Source of the DNA: Anaerolineales bacterium
GTDB taxonomy: Bacteria; Chloroflexota; Anaerolineae; Anaerolineales; UBA11858
NCBI GenBank assembly: GCA_034520505.1
Contig: JAXHNK010000007.1
Span: 86,694 to 150,693, forward strand
Direction: 5' to 3'
Length of the DNA: 64,000 nucleotides
Shown: positions 10,424 to 20,006 of the stretch, in pieces
How positions within the stretch are numbered: position 1 is the stretch's first letter
Layout of the letters: each line of letters begins with the position of its first letter
Made by a program: the position numbers and the translations under genes
Notes under the pieces: generated by a model
What the model was told of the DNA's origin: nothing
Databases searched by the model: none
Seen by the model: the letters and a program-made list of their open reading frames with translations, nothing else

Positions 10424-11446
10424 TTGAAAACGGCTGATTTTTCTTATCATCTTCCTCCTGAATGTATCGCGCAAAAACCGGCTCATCCCCGGGATGCTGC
10501 CCGCCTGCTGGTTTACAACCGGGAAGAAGGTCGGCAGGTTCACACCCGCTTTTCCCGGCTGGGAGAACATCTCGAACCTGGAGATTGTCTGGTTATCAAC
10601 ACCACCAAAGTGCTGCCGGCCCGGATCCGGGGTAAGAAAGCGGACACCGGTGGTAAAGTGGAACTGCTGTTACTGGAAAAAGATGATCCTATAACCTGGC
10701 AAGCCTGGGTAGGGGGAAGTGGATTGACCCGGGGAAAGCGGATGCGTTTTGGGGAGGACCTGGAGGCGGAGGTCATTGAGGTCCGCGGCGGTCCGCTGCG
10801 CATAGTCAGGTTTGACCGACCGGTTGAGCCTGTGCTTGAAAAGCTGGGGGTGATGCCCCTTCCCCCTTACATTCACGCAGATCTGGAAGATCCCGATCGC
10901 TATCAAACTGTTTACGCCCGGCAAACGGGCTCGGCAGCTGCCCCTACAGCCGGACTCCATTTCACGCCGGAATTAATGACCCGGCTGCGGGATCAGGGGG
11001 TTTTGATAGCTCCCGTCATCCTGCGTATCGGGCTGGATACATTTGCCCCGGTTCAGGAGGAAGATCCCCGGGAACATCAAATTCACACGGAATATTGTCA
11101 ATTGAGAGAGGAATCTGCCCGGGTGATCAATCAGGCTGCGGAAGCCGGGGGCAGGGTGATCGCTGTGGGAACCACAGCGGTCCGAACCCTGGAGACCGCT
11201 GCTCTGGGGACGGCTGCAGACCAGGTGGTTCGTCCTTTTCAGGGTCCCACGGATTTGTTCATCCTGCCGGGTTATGAGTTCCGGGCAGTGGATGCGATGA
11301 TAACCAATTTCCATTTGCCGGGCTCAACATTGTTGATGCTGGTCAGCGCATTTTGCGGTCGGGAAAAAATATTGGATCTGTACCGGCAGGCTGTGGAAGA
11401 AGGGTATCGTTTTTATTCATTTGGTGATGCCATGTTCCTGGAGTGA
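10424..11446 (+). CDS. queA: S-adenosylmethionine:tRNA ribosyltransferase-isomerase QueA
   Basis: 340 aa: 'DFSYHLPPECIAQKP', 'NTTKVLPARI', 'PLPPYI', 'YQTVYA', 'GSAAAPTAGLHFT' and 'YRFYSFGDAM'. Confidence 0.93.
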   Translation: MKTADFSYHLPPECIAQKPAHPRDAARLLVYNREEGRQVHTRFSRLGEHLEPGDCLVINTTKVLPARIRGKKADTGGKVELLLLEKDDPITWQAWVGGSGLTRGKRMRFGEDLEAEVIEVRGGPLRIVRFDRPVEPVLEKLGVMPLPPYIHADLEDPDRYQTVYARQTGSAAAPTAGLHFTPELMTRLRDQGVLIAPVILRIGLDTFAPVQEEDPREHQIHTEYCQLREESARVINQAAEAGGRVIAVGTTAVRTLETAALGTAADQVVRPFQGPTDLFILPGYEFRAVDAMITNFHLPGSTLLMLVSAFCGREKILDLYRQAVEEGYRFYSFGDAMFLE

Positions 11447-12388
11447 TTGGTGAAAAGTTATCATGATGGGAAAGTTCTTCCCTATTTAGGCCTGGTTTTA
11501 GGAATCCTCAGCCTCGGCTTTTCTGCAATTTTTGTGCAGCTGGCTCAAGCTCCGGGCACTGTGCTCAATTTTTACCGGATGGGGATAGCGGCTGTGCTCC
11601 TCGCTCTGCCTTTTGGGGTTCAGTTAAAGGCGCGATCCGCCCCCCTGCCGGGCAAAGCTGTACGGCTGGCAGTTCTGGCGGGAATGGTTTTTGCCGTAGA
11701 CCTGGTTCTGTGGTCTACCGGCGTCAACCTGAGCGGGGCGACAAACCCCACTCTGCTGGCCAACACAGCCCCGATCTGGGTGGGATTAGGCTCCCAGATC
11801 TTTTTAGGAGAGAGGAGAGGGACCATTTTCTGGGTGGGTTTAGCCCTGGCATTAACCGGCTCTGCTCTGATTTTGGGACAGGATGCACTGCAATCTGCCG
11901 AACTGGGTTTGGGTTCCTTACTGGGTTTGATCGGCAGCTTTTTTTATGGGGGGTATTTCTTGTTGACCCAGCGGGGGAGGGAAGGTTTGAATTCTTTGAA
12001 CTTTTTCTGGATTGTAGTCGCCAGCGCGACCGTTACCCTCCTGGTTTTTACCCTGATCTTCAGGCATCCCCTCTTTGGTTACAGCAGAAACACTTATCTG
12101 AATTTTATCGCCCTGGGGGTTGTCGTTCAGGTTCTGGGCTGGTTATCCATCAATTATGCCCAGGGGTATCTACCGGCTGCGATCGTCGCTCCTACTCTCT
12201 TGGGGCAGCCGGTGATGACTGCAATTTTATCTTATCTTCTGCTGGGAGAAGCCTTCACAATCTTACAGATTGGAGCGGGTCTGATTGCCATCCTGGGCGT
12301 GTATTTTGTTCATCGCAGCAAGCTGAGCGGCTTCTCTTCGGTCAATGGGCAAGAAGGGGCATCAACTTCGGAAGGTAAGCGCTGCTGA
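11447..12388 (+). CDS. EamA/DMT-family transporter
   Basis: 313 aa, about 10 predicted TM helices in two EamA-like halves. TTG or GTG start abuts the queA stop. Confidence 0.7.
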   Translation: MVKSYHDGKVLPYLGLVLGILSLGFSAIFVQLAQAPGTVLNFYRMGIAAVLLALPFGVQLKARSAPLPGKAVRLAVLAGMVFAVDLVLWSTGVNLSGATNPTLLANTAPIWVGLGSQIFLGERRGTIFWVGLALALTGSALILGQDALQSAELGLGSLLGLIGSFFYGGYFLLTQRGREGLNSLNFFWIVVASATVTLLVFTLIFRHPLFGYSRNTYLNFIALGVVVQVLGWLSINYAQGYLPAAIVAPTLLGQPVMTAILSYLLLGEAFTILQIGAGLIAILGVYFVHRSKLSGFSSVNGQEGASTSEGKRC

Positions 12389-12404
12389 TGGAGGAAAAGG
12401 AATA

Positions 12405-13346
12405 ATGGTGAAAGAAAAAGAAGTGACAACCGTTGGCATCCTGCATCTGTTGATTGTTTATCTCGTCTGGGGGAGCACCTATTTAGCCATCCGGGTGGGG
12501 GTGCGGAGCGGTTCAGGTTTTGCTCCCTTCACTTTCGGGGCGATGCGGGTGATCACCGCCGGAGTATTCCTGCTTCTGTGGGGAAAGCTCCGGGGCGGGA
12601 AATGGAAATTATCCCGGGGCGATCTGCTGACACTGGCGGGATCCGGCCTTTTATTGTGGATCGGGGGAAACGGCCTGGTGGTCTGGGCGGAACAAGAGAT
12701 AGAATCCGGGATCACCGCGCTGATCCTGGCTACAGTTCCTATCTGGGTATCGCTGATCGATGCGATCCTGGACCGCCGACCCGCGTCGCCGCGGATGATC
12801 CTGGCTCTGACCGTGGGTTTTCTGGGTATTGTGGTCCTCAGTGTCCCTCTGCTAAATTCTGGCATTCAGGCTAACATCGGCTATACCGGCGCCTTGATCC
12901 TGGCAAGTTTGTTCTGGAGCGGGGGGATGGTCCTTCAAAGTCGTCGGCCCACAGCCCGCAATCTCCAGATCAGTTCCGGATATCAGCAGTTATTTGGGGG
13001 GGCGGGATTTCTTATCCTAGCACTGTTGTTTAAAGAACCTTTACCCCAGCCATCCCCCCAGGCCTGGTTGGCGTTCGGGTATCTGGTGGTATTTGGCTCG
13101 CTGCTGGCTTTCACCTCCTTTATTACTGTCCTGCAGCTGCTGCCCACCAAGATAGTCATCACCTATGCATATGTAAATCCGGTTATTGCGGTGTTTTTAG
13201 GATGGATCATCCTCGGGGAACACATTACCTGGTGGACTGTTGGGGGGGCTGTCCTGGTCCTGCTGGGGGTTGCCGGAGTATTCCGGGAACGGGTGCGCAG
13301 CCAGCGGAAGACCAAAAGCAAGAACCGGCCGGTCGTTGCTTCCTGA
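12405..13346 (+). CDS. EamA/DMT-family transporter (second copy)
   Basis: About 10 TM helices ('WGSTYLAIRVG...'). I chose the ATG at 12405, preceded by GGAGGAAAAGG; the track start at 12345 overlaps the previous gene. Confidence 0.7.
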   Translation: MVKEKEVTTVGILHLLIVYLVWGSTYLAIRVGVRSGSGFAPFTFGAMRVITAGVFLLLWGKLRGGKWKLSRGDLLTLAGSGLLLWIGGNGLVVWAEQEIESGITALILATVPIWVSLIDAILDRRPASPRMILALTVGFLGIVVLSVPLLNSGIQANIGYTGALILASLFWSGGMVLQSRRPTARNLQISSGYQQLFGGAGFLILALLFKEPLPQPSPQAWLAFGYLVVFGSLLAFTSFITVLQLLPTKIVITYAYVNPVIAVFLGWIILGEHITWWTVGGAVLVLLGVAGVFRERVRSQRKTKSKNRPVVAS

Positions 13347-13427
13347 GTTTAAGTATTATTTGTGGTTTATAATTTATACTCCTTGCGTAATCAACATCTG
13401 CGGGATCATCAAGAAGTCGGAGAATCA

Positions 13428-14732
13428 ATGAGAACAGTAGACATCATCATGAAAAAACGAGATCACGGCGAATTAACCCGGGAAGAAATCAATTATTTCA
13501 TTGATGGTTTTACCCGGGGGGACATTCCGGATTATCAGGCTTCAGCCTGGGCCATGGCTGTTTTTCTGAACGGGATGACAACCCGGGAAATTACCGATCT
13601 TACCCTGGCCATGGCCAATTCGGGTGAAACCCTGGATTTATCCTCTGCGGTGCCCCTGGCCGTGGATAAACATTCCAGCGGTGGGGTGGGAGATAAAACC
13701 ACCCTGGTTGTGGAGCCGGTGGTCGCCGCCTGTGGGTTGGCTGTGGGAAAGATGTCAGGAAGAGGACTGGGGTTCAGTGGGGGGACTCTGGATAAGCTGG
13801 AATCCATCCCTGGATACCGGGTTGATTTAAGTACAGAAGAGTTTTTATCTCAGCTGGAAAATATCGGTCTGGTGCTTACCGGCCAAACTTCCGATCTGGC
13901 ACCAGCGGATGGGAAATTGTACGCTCTGCGGGATGTGACCGGTACAGTTAACTCCATCCCCTTGATCGCTTCCTCGATCATGAGTAAGAAGATCGCTGGC
14001 GGAGCTGACGCCATTGTGTTGGATGTCAAGGTGGGGCTGGGAGCCTTTATGGACACCGTGGAGCAGGCCCGGGAGTTGGCGAAGGTGATGGTTGATATCG
14101 CTAAGCTGGCTGACCGGAAAGCGGTTGCTCTCATCTCGGATATGAATCAGCCTCTGGGAAAGGCAGTGGGGAATGCCCTGGAGGTGAAGGAAGCGGCAGC
14201 GACCCTGAAAAACGGAGGTCCGGAAAGTTTCCGGGAACACTGTCTGGATGTGGCAGCACAGATGTTGATCCTGGGCGAAATCGCTGATACAGAATCCCAG
14301 GCCAGAAAAATCGCTGAAAAGAGTTTGGAGGATGACAGCGCCTGGGAGCACTTCGTTCAATTAGTCTCTGCGCAGGGTGGAGACATTTCTTACCTGGAAG
14401 ATCTTTCCAAGTTTCCTGCGGCTCCGATTATTGAAACGGTCTCTGCTCCCCGGAGCGGTTATCTCTCCCAGATTCATGCCCGCATGGTAGGTGAAGCTGC
14501 GGTTGAACTGGGCGCCGGCCGGGAGGTCAAAGGGCAGCAAATCGATCATGCTGTTGGAGTAGAGATCCTGCGGGAAGTGGGGGATCATCTGGAGGAGGGT
14601 GAAGATTTATTCATCCTCCACGCCCGGGATGAGGATAGCCAGGAGGGCGTTCGGGAGCAGCTGCTGGACGCTCACACTTGGTCCGATGCTCCGGTGGATC
14701 CGCTCCCCCTGATTTATGATCTTATCCGTTGA
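13428..14732 (+). CDS. pdp: pyrimidine-nucleoside (thymidine) phosphorylase
   Basis: 'IIMKKRDHGELTREEINYFI', 'DKHSSGGVGDKTTL' and 'SGRGLGFSGGTLDKLESIPG'. ATG at 13428 follows a GGAG. Confidence 0.9.
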   Translation: MRTVDIIMKKRDHGELTREEINYFIDGFTRGDIPDYQASAWAMAVFLNGMTTREITDLTLAMANSGETLDLSSAVPLAVDKHSSGGVGDKTTLVVEPVVAACGLAVGKMSGRGLGFSGGTLDKLESIPGYRVDLSTEEFLSQLENIGLVLTGQTSDLAPADGKLYALRDVTGTVNSIPLIASSIMSKKIAGGADAIVLDVKVGLGAFMDTVEQARELAKVMVDIAKLADRKAVALISDMNQPLGKAVGNALEVKEAAATLKNGGPESFREHCLDVAAQMLILGEIADTESQARKIAEKSLEDDSAWEHFVQLVSAQGGDISYLEDLSKFPAAPIIETVSAPRSGYLSQIHARMVGEAAVELGAGREVKGQQIDHAVGVEILREVGDHLEEGEDLFILHARDEDSQEGVREQLLDAHTWSDAPVDPLPLIYDLIR

Positions 14733-14817
14733 AGGTAAAGAAGTGATTGGATCCAACTTGTTTCTGTCCGGGTGGGGAAACTGACTGAAGTCAAGGTGCG
14801 GGAAACGGTCAGGTAAA

Positions 14818-15861
14818 TCACTCCAGTTCAGCCAGTAAAGCCCGGGGGTTCCCTGCGTAATCATCCCGGGATTTTTCTCCTGCAGCCAGAGCCAACAAGG
14901 TTTCGGTCAAAACTTTATTGACCGGAGTGGGCACCCCGCAGGTTTCCCCCTTTTCTACAACAGCCCCGTTTAATTTTTTCACTTCGCTTTGTTTTTTACC
15001 CTTGATTAGATCCTGGTGGAAAGAGGGCATTTTATCTCCCCGACCCCGGCTGACTGCCCGGGCAAGAATTGGCCGGGACAGCCACAGGGGCGGGTATTGG
15101 ATAAGGATGGCTAAGAGTTTCACAGGAACCCCGGGCAGGTCAACAGGGGGAATTGAAGCTGATTTCATCACAGTCAGGGCTTCCCTGAGCTGGCGGATTT
15201 CCAGGGAAAAGGTTTCCGCATCCCGGTAAATTTCTCCCGGGGGGATATCCAGGATCGCCGAGCTGGCATTGCCCATCAGGTTGATCAAACATTTTGACCA
15301 TTTCATGGCTTCGGCGTCAGGGTAGTGGCTGGCGTTGAGGTCAGCCTGATTAAAAATCTCGACCAGGCTTTTACACAGTGGATGACTCCCTCCAATTCCC
15401 GTCCCCCGTTTTTTTTCTACGACAATGTCCCCGGTTCCAATTCCCTGAACCGCGGTGGTCACGGTCCCCGGGATGATCTTGTCCTTGCCCAGTGCCCCGG
15501 CCAGCTGTTTTTCATTGCTGATCCCGTTCTGCAGACAGAGCAGGGGGGGAAAAGAATCCCGGTAACGTTCCAGATCAGTGATTACCCGGGAATTATGATA
15601 GGACTTGAGGGCGAAAATGGCCAGGTCAAAAGCGGTTCCGGACAACGCTGTTTTGAGGTCCGGGGCCAGTTCCGGGCGCGGAAGATGATCCCGCCTCTGG
15701 TTGTGCTCGAGGAAGAATCCTTTCTCCCGCAAGGCGGGAAACTTATCCTCCCGTTCCAGGAAGACCACCTGGTGTCCCTGAAGTGCCAGGCTTCCTCCGA
15801 TATAAGTGCCGATTGCCCCGGCGCCAAAAGTCAGAATGCGCAATTTACGGGGAACATTCAT
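14818..15861 (-). CDS. 2-dehydropantoate 2-reductase (ApbA/PanE) family oxidoreductase
   Basis: N-terminal Rossmann 'ILTFGAGAIGTYIGGSLA', with ApbA-like length and C-terminal helical domain. Substrate not determinable from sequence. Confidence 0.65.
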   Translation of the reverse strand: MNVPRKLRILTFGAGAIGTYIGGSLALQGHQVVFLEREDKFPALREKGFFLEHNQRRDHLPRPELAPDLKTALSGTAFDLAIFALKSYHNSRVITDLERYRDSFPPLLCLQNGISNEKQLAGALGKDKIIPGTVTTAVQGIGTGDIVVEKKRGTGIGGSHPLCKSLVEIFNQADLNASHYPDAEAMKWSKCLINLMGNASSAILDIPPGEIYRDAETFSLEIRQLREALTVMKSASIPPVDLPGVPVKLLAILIQYPPLWLSRPILARAVSRGRGDKMPSFHQDLIKGKKQSEVKKLNGAVVEKGETCGVPTPVNKVLTETLLALAAGEKSRDDYAGNPRALLAELE

Positions 15862-16511
15862 CGAGGATCAGCTTCCAGGTGGGGACGGGTGTTGTGGTTG
15901 TGGATGTTCCAGGTTCCCTTATCCGGCAGATATTCTAATTCAGAGAATCCGCTGTTGAAAAATCTAAACCGGGGTCCCTGGAAATTGGGCTGGGGGGTGA
16001 GGCCCAGGACGGCGTGCATCACCTGATTGAACAATCCGCCGTGGCCCACAATCAGGTAGCTGCCGGGATCGGCAGACAAGATCGTGTTGATCGCCTTCCC
16101 CGCCCGGAGGAATAATTCCCATTGGCTTTCCCCGGTCTCAGCGATGGGCTGGTACAGGGGGATAAAATCAGGCTGGGGTAGCTTTTTTTGAGCTTCATCA
16201 TGCAGCAAACCGGCTAATTTTCCATTATCCCTCTCCATCCAGATCGGATCCAGGACCACCTCAAGTTCGAGCTCCCGGGCCAGGATATCCGCGGTGTTTT
16301 TTGCCCGCAGCAGGGGACTGGAAATCAAGTAGTCAAAACTCTTTTCCTGATTTTTCCAGTAAGCTGCCAGCTGCTGAGTTTGGCTCCGCCCGAGCTGGGT
16401 CAGGGGAAAATCCGCCTGGCCCTGATGGCGGCGTTCAGCGTTGCCAACTGACTGACCATGCCGGGTTAAAACTAATTGATAGGGAAGAGAAGATGAAGAA
16501 GCAGATATCAT
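15858..16511 (-). CDS. histidine phosphatase (phosphoglycerate-mutase-like) family protein
   Basis: 'LVLTRHGQSVGN' RHG motif and 'IVGHGG'. Its stop overlaps the panE-like start by 4 nt. Confidence 0.8.
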   Translation of the reverse strand: MISASSSSLPYQLVLTRHGQSVGNAERRHQGQADFPLTQLGRSQTQQLAAYWKNQEKSFDYLISSPLLRAKNTADILARELELEVVLDPIWMERDNGKLAGLLHDEAQKKLPQPDFIPLYQPIAETGESQWELFLRAGKAINTILSADPGSYLIVGHGGLFNQVMHAVLGLTPQPNFQGPRFRFFNSGFSELEYLPDKGTWNIHNHNTRPHLEADPR

Positions 16512-16680
16512 GCGGCTACCCTTATTCTAGCTAATCTCCTGTACGGTTCCTGTCACCCGGCTGCTGGATTGTCCGGTGAAAATTCGGTAAAATTTGATTC
16601 ACTTAAACTTTTTTCCGGCCGGAAAGCAGCTGGGCGGCAGTCGGGCTGTTTTTTTCCGGGGTATTCCACCTCAATTCCTT

Positions 16681-17634
16681 CTAAGTCGATTCTTTTTGGG
16701 TGGTAATTTTACCTTTGTCCCAATCTTGAGCTCCCCGTAGAAAAGCGTCACCGGCCATAGGCTTTTTACCTGCCGGTTGAATTTCTTCCAGAACCAGGAT
16801 ACCTTTCCCGGCCCCAACTGCCGGATACCCTTCATAGGTAATTAACACCCCGGCCCCGGGGGAAGTTACGTTTACCGCCCGGGTTTGGTGAACAATCAGA
16901 CGCTGATTTTCCCAGAAAGTGAAGGAGCCCGGCCAGGGATGATAGGCCCGGACCTGCCGTTCCAGCTGCTGGGCGCTCTGGTTGAAATCCAGCTCCCCAT
17001 CGGACCGGGAAAGCAGGGGCGCATAGGTCGCCCGGGAATCATCCTGCGGTCTGGGTTTTACCTCCCCCCGCAGATAGGCGGGGATTGTCTCTACCAGCAG
17101 ATCGGCTCCCATCCTGGCCAACCGGTTAAAAAGTGTGCCTCCAGTATCCTGGTCTGTAATGGGTGTTGACCGCTGGGCGAGGATCGGTCCGGTATCCAAC
17201 CCCGCGTCCATTTTCATGATCGTTACACCCGACTGGTCGTCACCATGAAGGATCGCTGCGTTGATCGGAGATGCACCTCGCCAGCGGGGAAGCAGGGAAG
17301 CGTGCACGTTAAGACATCCCCTCTCCGGCAGAGAAAGGACCGTCTGGTTCAGAATCTGACCGTAGGCTGCCACCACAATTAACTCGGGCCCCAGCTCAGC
17401 AAGCTGCTTTAAAAAATCCGGTTGATTGGGGGATGTGGGTTGATAAACAGGAAGGCCGAGCTTGAGGGCGGACCTTTTTACCGGCGGCGGGGAAACTCTT
17501 CTCCCCCGGCCAGATTTTCGATCGGGCTGGGTGACCACTCCTATCACCTGGAATTTTTCATCCAGCGCTTTCAGGGTAGGCAGGGAAAAGTCTGGAGACC
17601 CCATGAAAAGAATTTTTATTGGCATATCACGCAT
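16681..17634 (-). CDS. fmt: methionyl-tRNA formyltransferase
   Basis: 'ILFMGSPDFSLPTL', 'VVTQPDRKSGRGRR' and 'NVHASLLPRWRGASPI'. Confidence 0.93.
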   Translation of the reverse strand: MRDMPIKILFMGSPDFSLPTLKALDEKFQVIGVVTQPDRKSGRGRRVSPPPVKRSALKLGLPVYQPTSPNQPDFLKQLAELGPELIVVAAYGQILNQTVLSLPERGCLNVHASLLPRWRGASPINAAILHGDDQSGVTIMKMDAGLDTGPILAQRSTPITDQDTGGTLFNRLARMGADLLVETIPAYLRGEVKPRPQDDSRATYAPLLSRSDGELDFNQSAQQLERQVRAYHPWPGSFTFWENQRLIVHQTRAVNVTSPGAGVLITYEGYPAVGAGKGILVLEEIQPAGKKPMAGDAFLRGAQDWDKGKITTQKEST

Positions 17635-17837
17635 TCTAACACAGGAGCACGTTCAGGCGGAAAAATGCGCCCGTGTTCTGGGACTCATCTCGGGCTGTAA
17701 GGGTTCTCTGTTGGGAAAAACTTCAGTGAGGAAAACAGCGAGACATAAACTGATGGGCGGACAGCCGAATCCGCCGGGCTGGTTATTCCCGGGAGGGGGC
17801 GCTGACCGCTTCTGGCGAAAGGCGTCAAGGCTGGTTG

Positions 17838-19937
17838 TCAATCGGCTGTTCTGATTTGATCACGCCCCCGTTCTTTGGCCACATAAAGCGCCCGATCAGC
17901 CAGGATAAGCAGTTCATTGATGTCGGTGCTGTGGGTGAAAAGGGTGGCAATGCCCTGGCTGACTGTGGGGGTGGGAATGGATTCGCCGAGGTGGTTGTTG
18001 ATCGGCAGTTCTGCCAGGGTGGTCCTGATCCGCTCGGCTACCTGTAAAGCCTGGTCCCGGTTGGCCTTGGGCAGCGCAATGGCAAATTCTTCTCCGCCCC
18101 AGCGGCCCACCAGATCGCCTTTTTTGATATGAGACTCGATTGCCTGGACCGTCAGGCGCAGCACCTGGTCCCCCAGGATATGCCCGTAAGTATCGTTGTA
18201 TTGCTTAAAATGATCGATATCCAACATGATGATGGATAAGGGTATTTCTTTTCCCAAAGAATCTTTTGCCAGATCTGTTAACCTGGAAACGAATGTCCCG
18301 TGATTGAGCACTTCGGTCAGGGAATCCAGGGCAGCTTGACGTTCTACCTCCTGGTGGTGGCGGGCATTTTCTATGCTCAGCGCCGCCTGGCGGGCCAGCT
18401 GCTCGAGCAGGGCTTGATCGTCGATATCAAATTGCCCCGGGAGATAACTGGCGACAGCGAGCAGACCGATGAACTCCGATTCGTGGAGCAGGGGGACGCC
18501 AAGCCAGGAGCGGGTGATTTCTTTCTCTCCGACCTGGAGAGGTTTTACCGGTAAAGAATCCTGTTCTTTGACCAGATCCCTGATCAGCAGCGGTTGATGA
18601 TTTTGGACTATCCAGCTGGATAAACCCTGATCGGCGTCGGTCTTTTGGGGCGGGTAGCGTTTGCCCCTGTCAATCAGCATCCTCAAGTCTAACTGGTTCT
18701 GATCCGGAAGGTAAAGAGCCACAAAATAGGCATCGCTGGGCAGAACCTTAGTCAGCTGTTGATAAATCAATTCCAACAAATCATCTATTTCGATGGTTTT
18801 GCTGATCGCTTGGCCGACTTCATAGAGCACGGTCATCCGTTTGGCCTGATTTTCTAAGTTTTTGTGCAGTTTCGAGGTGTTTATCGTAGCTGCAATTTGA
18901 TTGGAGATCGTGGTGAGCAGATCCATCCGGGTTTGATCAAACGGTTCTCGATCCAGGTTTCTTTCCTCTCCGATAGAAACCAGACCCAGAACCTCATTTT
19001 CCAGCAGGATGGGAAAGATGCAGACAGTTTGCACCTGCTCCCAGAACAAAGATTTTCGTTCCACAGCAGTCAACGTATCCGGTTTAGAGCTTTGATCCAA
19101 AATGAGAAATTCTTTCGATTCCACCACTTGTTTGTGTTTGGGAAGATGTTTCAGAGGATATTCACCTCCTAGTTCTTTCTTTAATCCGTCCAGGTAGCGC
19201 AGGGGATAAATGCCGTAATCCAGCAGTTTATCTTTTTTGTTGTTTAATAAAGTGATTCTGCACGTGGTGGTGGGCAGACCTTCAGTGATCTGGTGAGCAT
19301 ATTGAGGAAGGGATTCCAGCAGGCTGGTGTTTGGAGATACGTTCTGGTTGCTGTTCAACAGCATGGTCAGGGATTTGCTTTTCTGGGATGTCGTTTGTTC
19401 ATATGCCTGAATCGTCCGGCTGATAAAAATGGTCACCAGCGCAGCTAAACTCAGGCCGATGATATCGTAGAATTGGTTGAAGAAATAAAGGGAGGAGGAA
19501 TGATCCCACAACAGCGAATTGATAAGATAATTCAGACCGGCGGTGATGAGAAAAACGGGCAGCATCCATTCCCAATTTCTGAATACCCCGATAAACAGGA
19601 TGATTAACATATAAAAAAGATCAACCTGCAGTCCGTACGGATGTAAGAGATAATGAAAACCAGCAGTCAGGATTATTCCCAGCGAGGTGAAAAGGTAAAA
19701 ACCCTGGGGGTGTTCCTGTCTGTGAGGTATCATCCAGTGGAAAATAAAGATGGTATAACCGGCGGACAGAGTGAGCAGGCCATATAATATGTTTTGTTCT
19801 ATGCCGGACACAGGTAGGAGTAAAACGACAGCCGTCAGGCAGATGATCAGGATCCAGATAAAGACCTCAATGGGTTGGAGGATCTGTTTTAAGCGGAATT
19901 TTGACAGCTGCCCTAGAAATGTTTCAGACATTTTCAC
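17838..19937 (-). CDS. membrane-bound diguanylate cyclase (multi-TM N-terminus, 2x GAF, GGDEF)
   Basis: 699 aa: about 6-7 N-terminal TM helices, two GAF-like regions, and a C-terminal 'RWGGEEFAIAL' GG(D/E)EF active site. Confidence 0.88.
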   Translation of the reverse strand: MKMSETFLGQLSKFRLKQILQPIEVFIWILIICLTAVVLLLPVSGIEQNILYGLLTLSAGYTIFIFHWMIPHRQEHPQGFYLFTSLGIILTAGFHYLLHPYGLQVDLFYMLIILFIGVFRNWEWMLPVFLITAGLNYLINSLLWDHSSSLYFFNQFYDIIGLSLAALVTIFISRTIQAYEQTTSQKSKSLTMLLNSNQNVSPNTSLLESLPQYAHQITEGLPTTTCRITLLNNKKDKLLDYGIYPLRYLDGLKKELGGEYPLKHLPKHKQVVESKEFLILDQSSKPDTLTAVERKSLFWEQVQTVCIFPILLENEVLGLVSIGEERNLDREPFDQTRMDLLTTISNQIAATINTSKLHKNLENQAKRMTVLYEVGQAISKTIEIDDLLELIYQQLTKVLPSDAYFVALYLPDQNQLDLRMLIDRGKRYPPQKTDADQGLSSWIVQNHQPLLIRDLVKEQDSLPVKPLQVGEKEITRSWLGVPLLHESEFIGLLAVASYLPGQFDIDDQALLEQLARQAALSIENARHHQEVERQAALDSLTEVLNHGTFVSRLTDLAKDSLGKEIPLSIIMLDIDHFKQYNDTYGHILGDQVLRLTVQAIESHIKKGDLVGRWGGEEFAIALPKANRDQALQVAERIRTTLAELPINNHLGESIPTPTVSQGIATLFTHSTDINELLILADRALYVAKERGRDQIRTAD

Positions 19938-20006
19938 TATTTCCTGATCATGAACTTCAAGGGGTCCATAATGGATAAACGATTGAATGGCAAATAACCG
20001 TTTAAT

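Noticed and set aside
16626-16662. Hairpin plus T7 tract (cagc...gctg ttttttt) between the histidine-phosphatase gene and fmt.
   Set aside because: The T tract is on the plus strand while both flanking genes are on the minus strand. The stem is only about 5 bp, so it was not called as a terminator.
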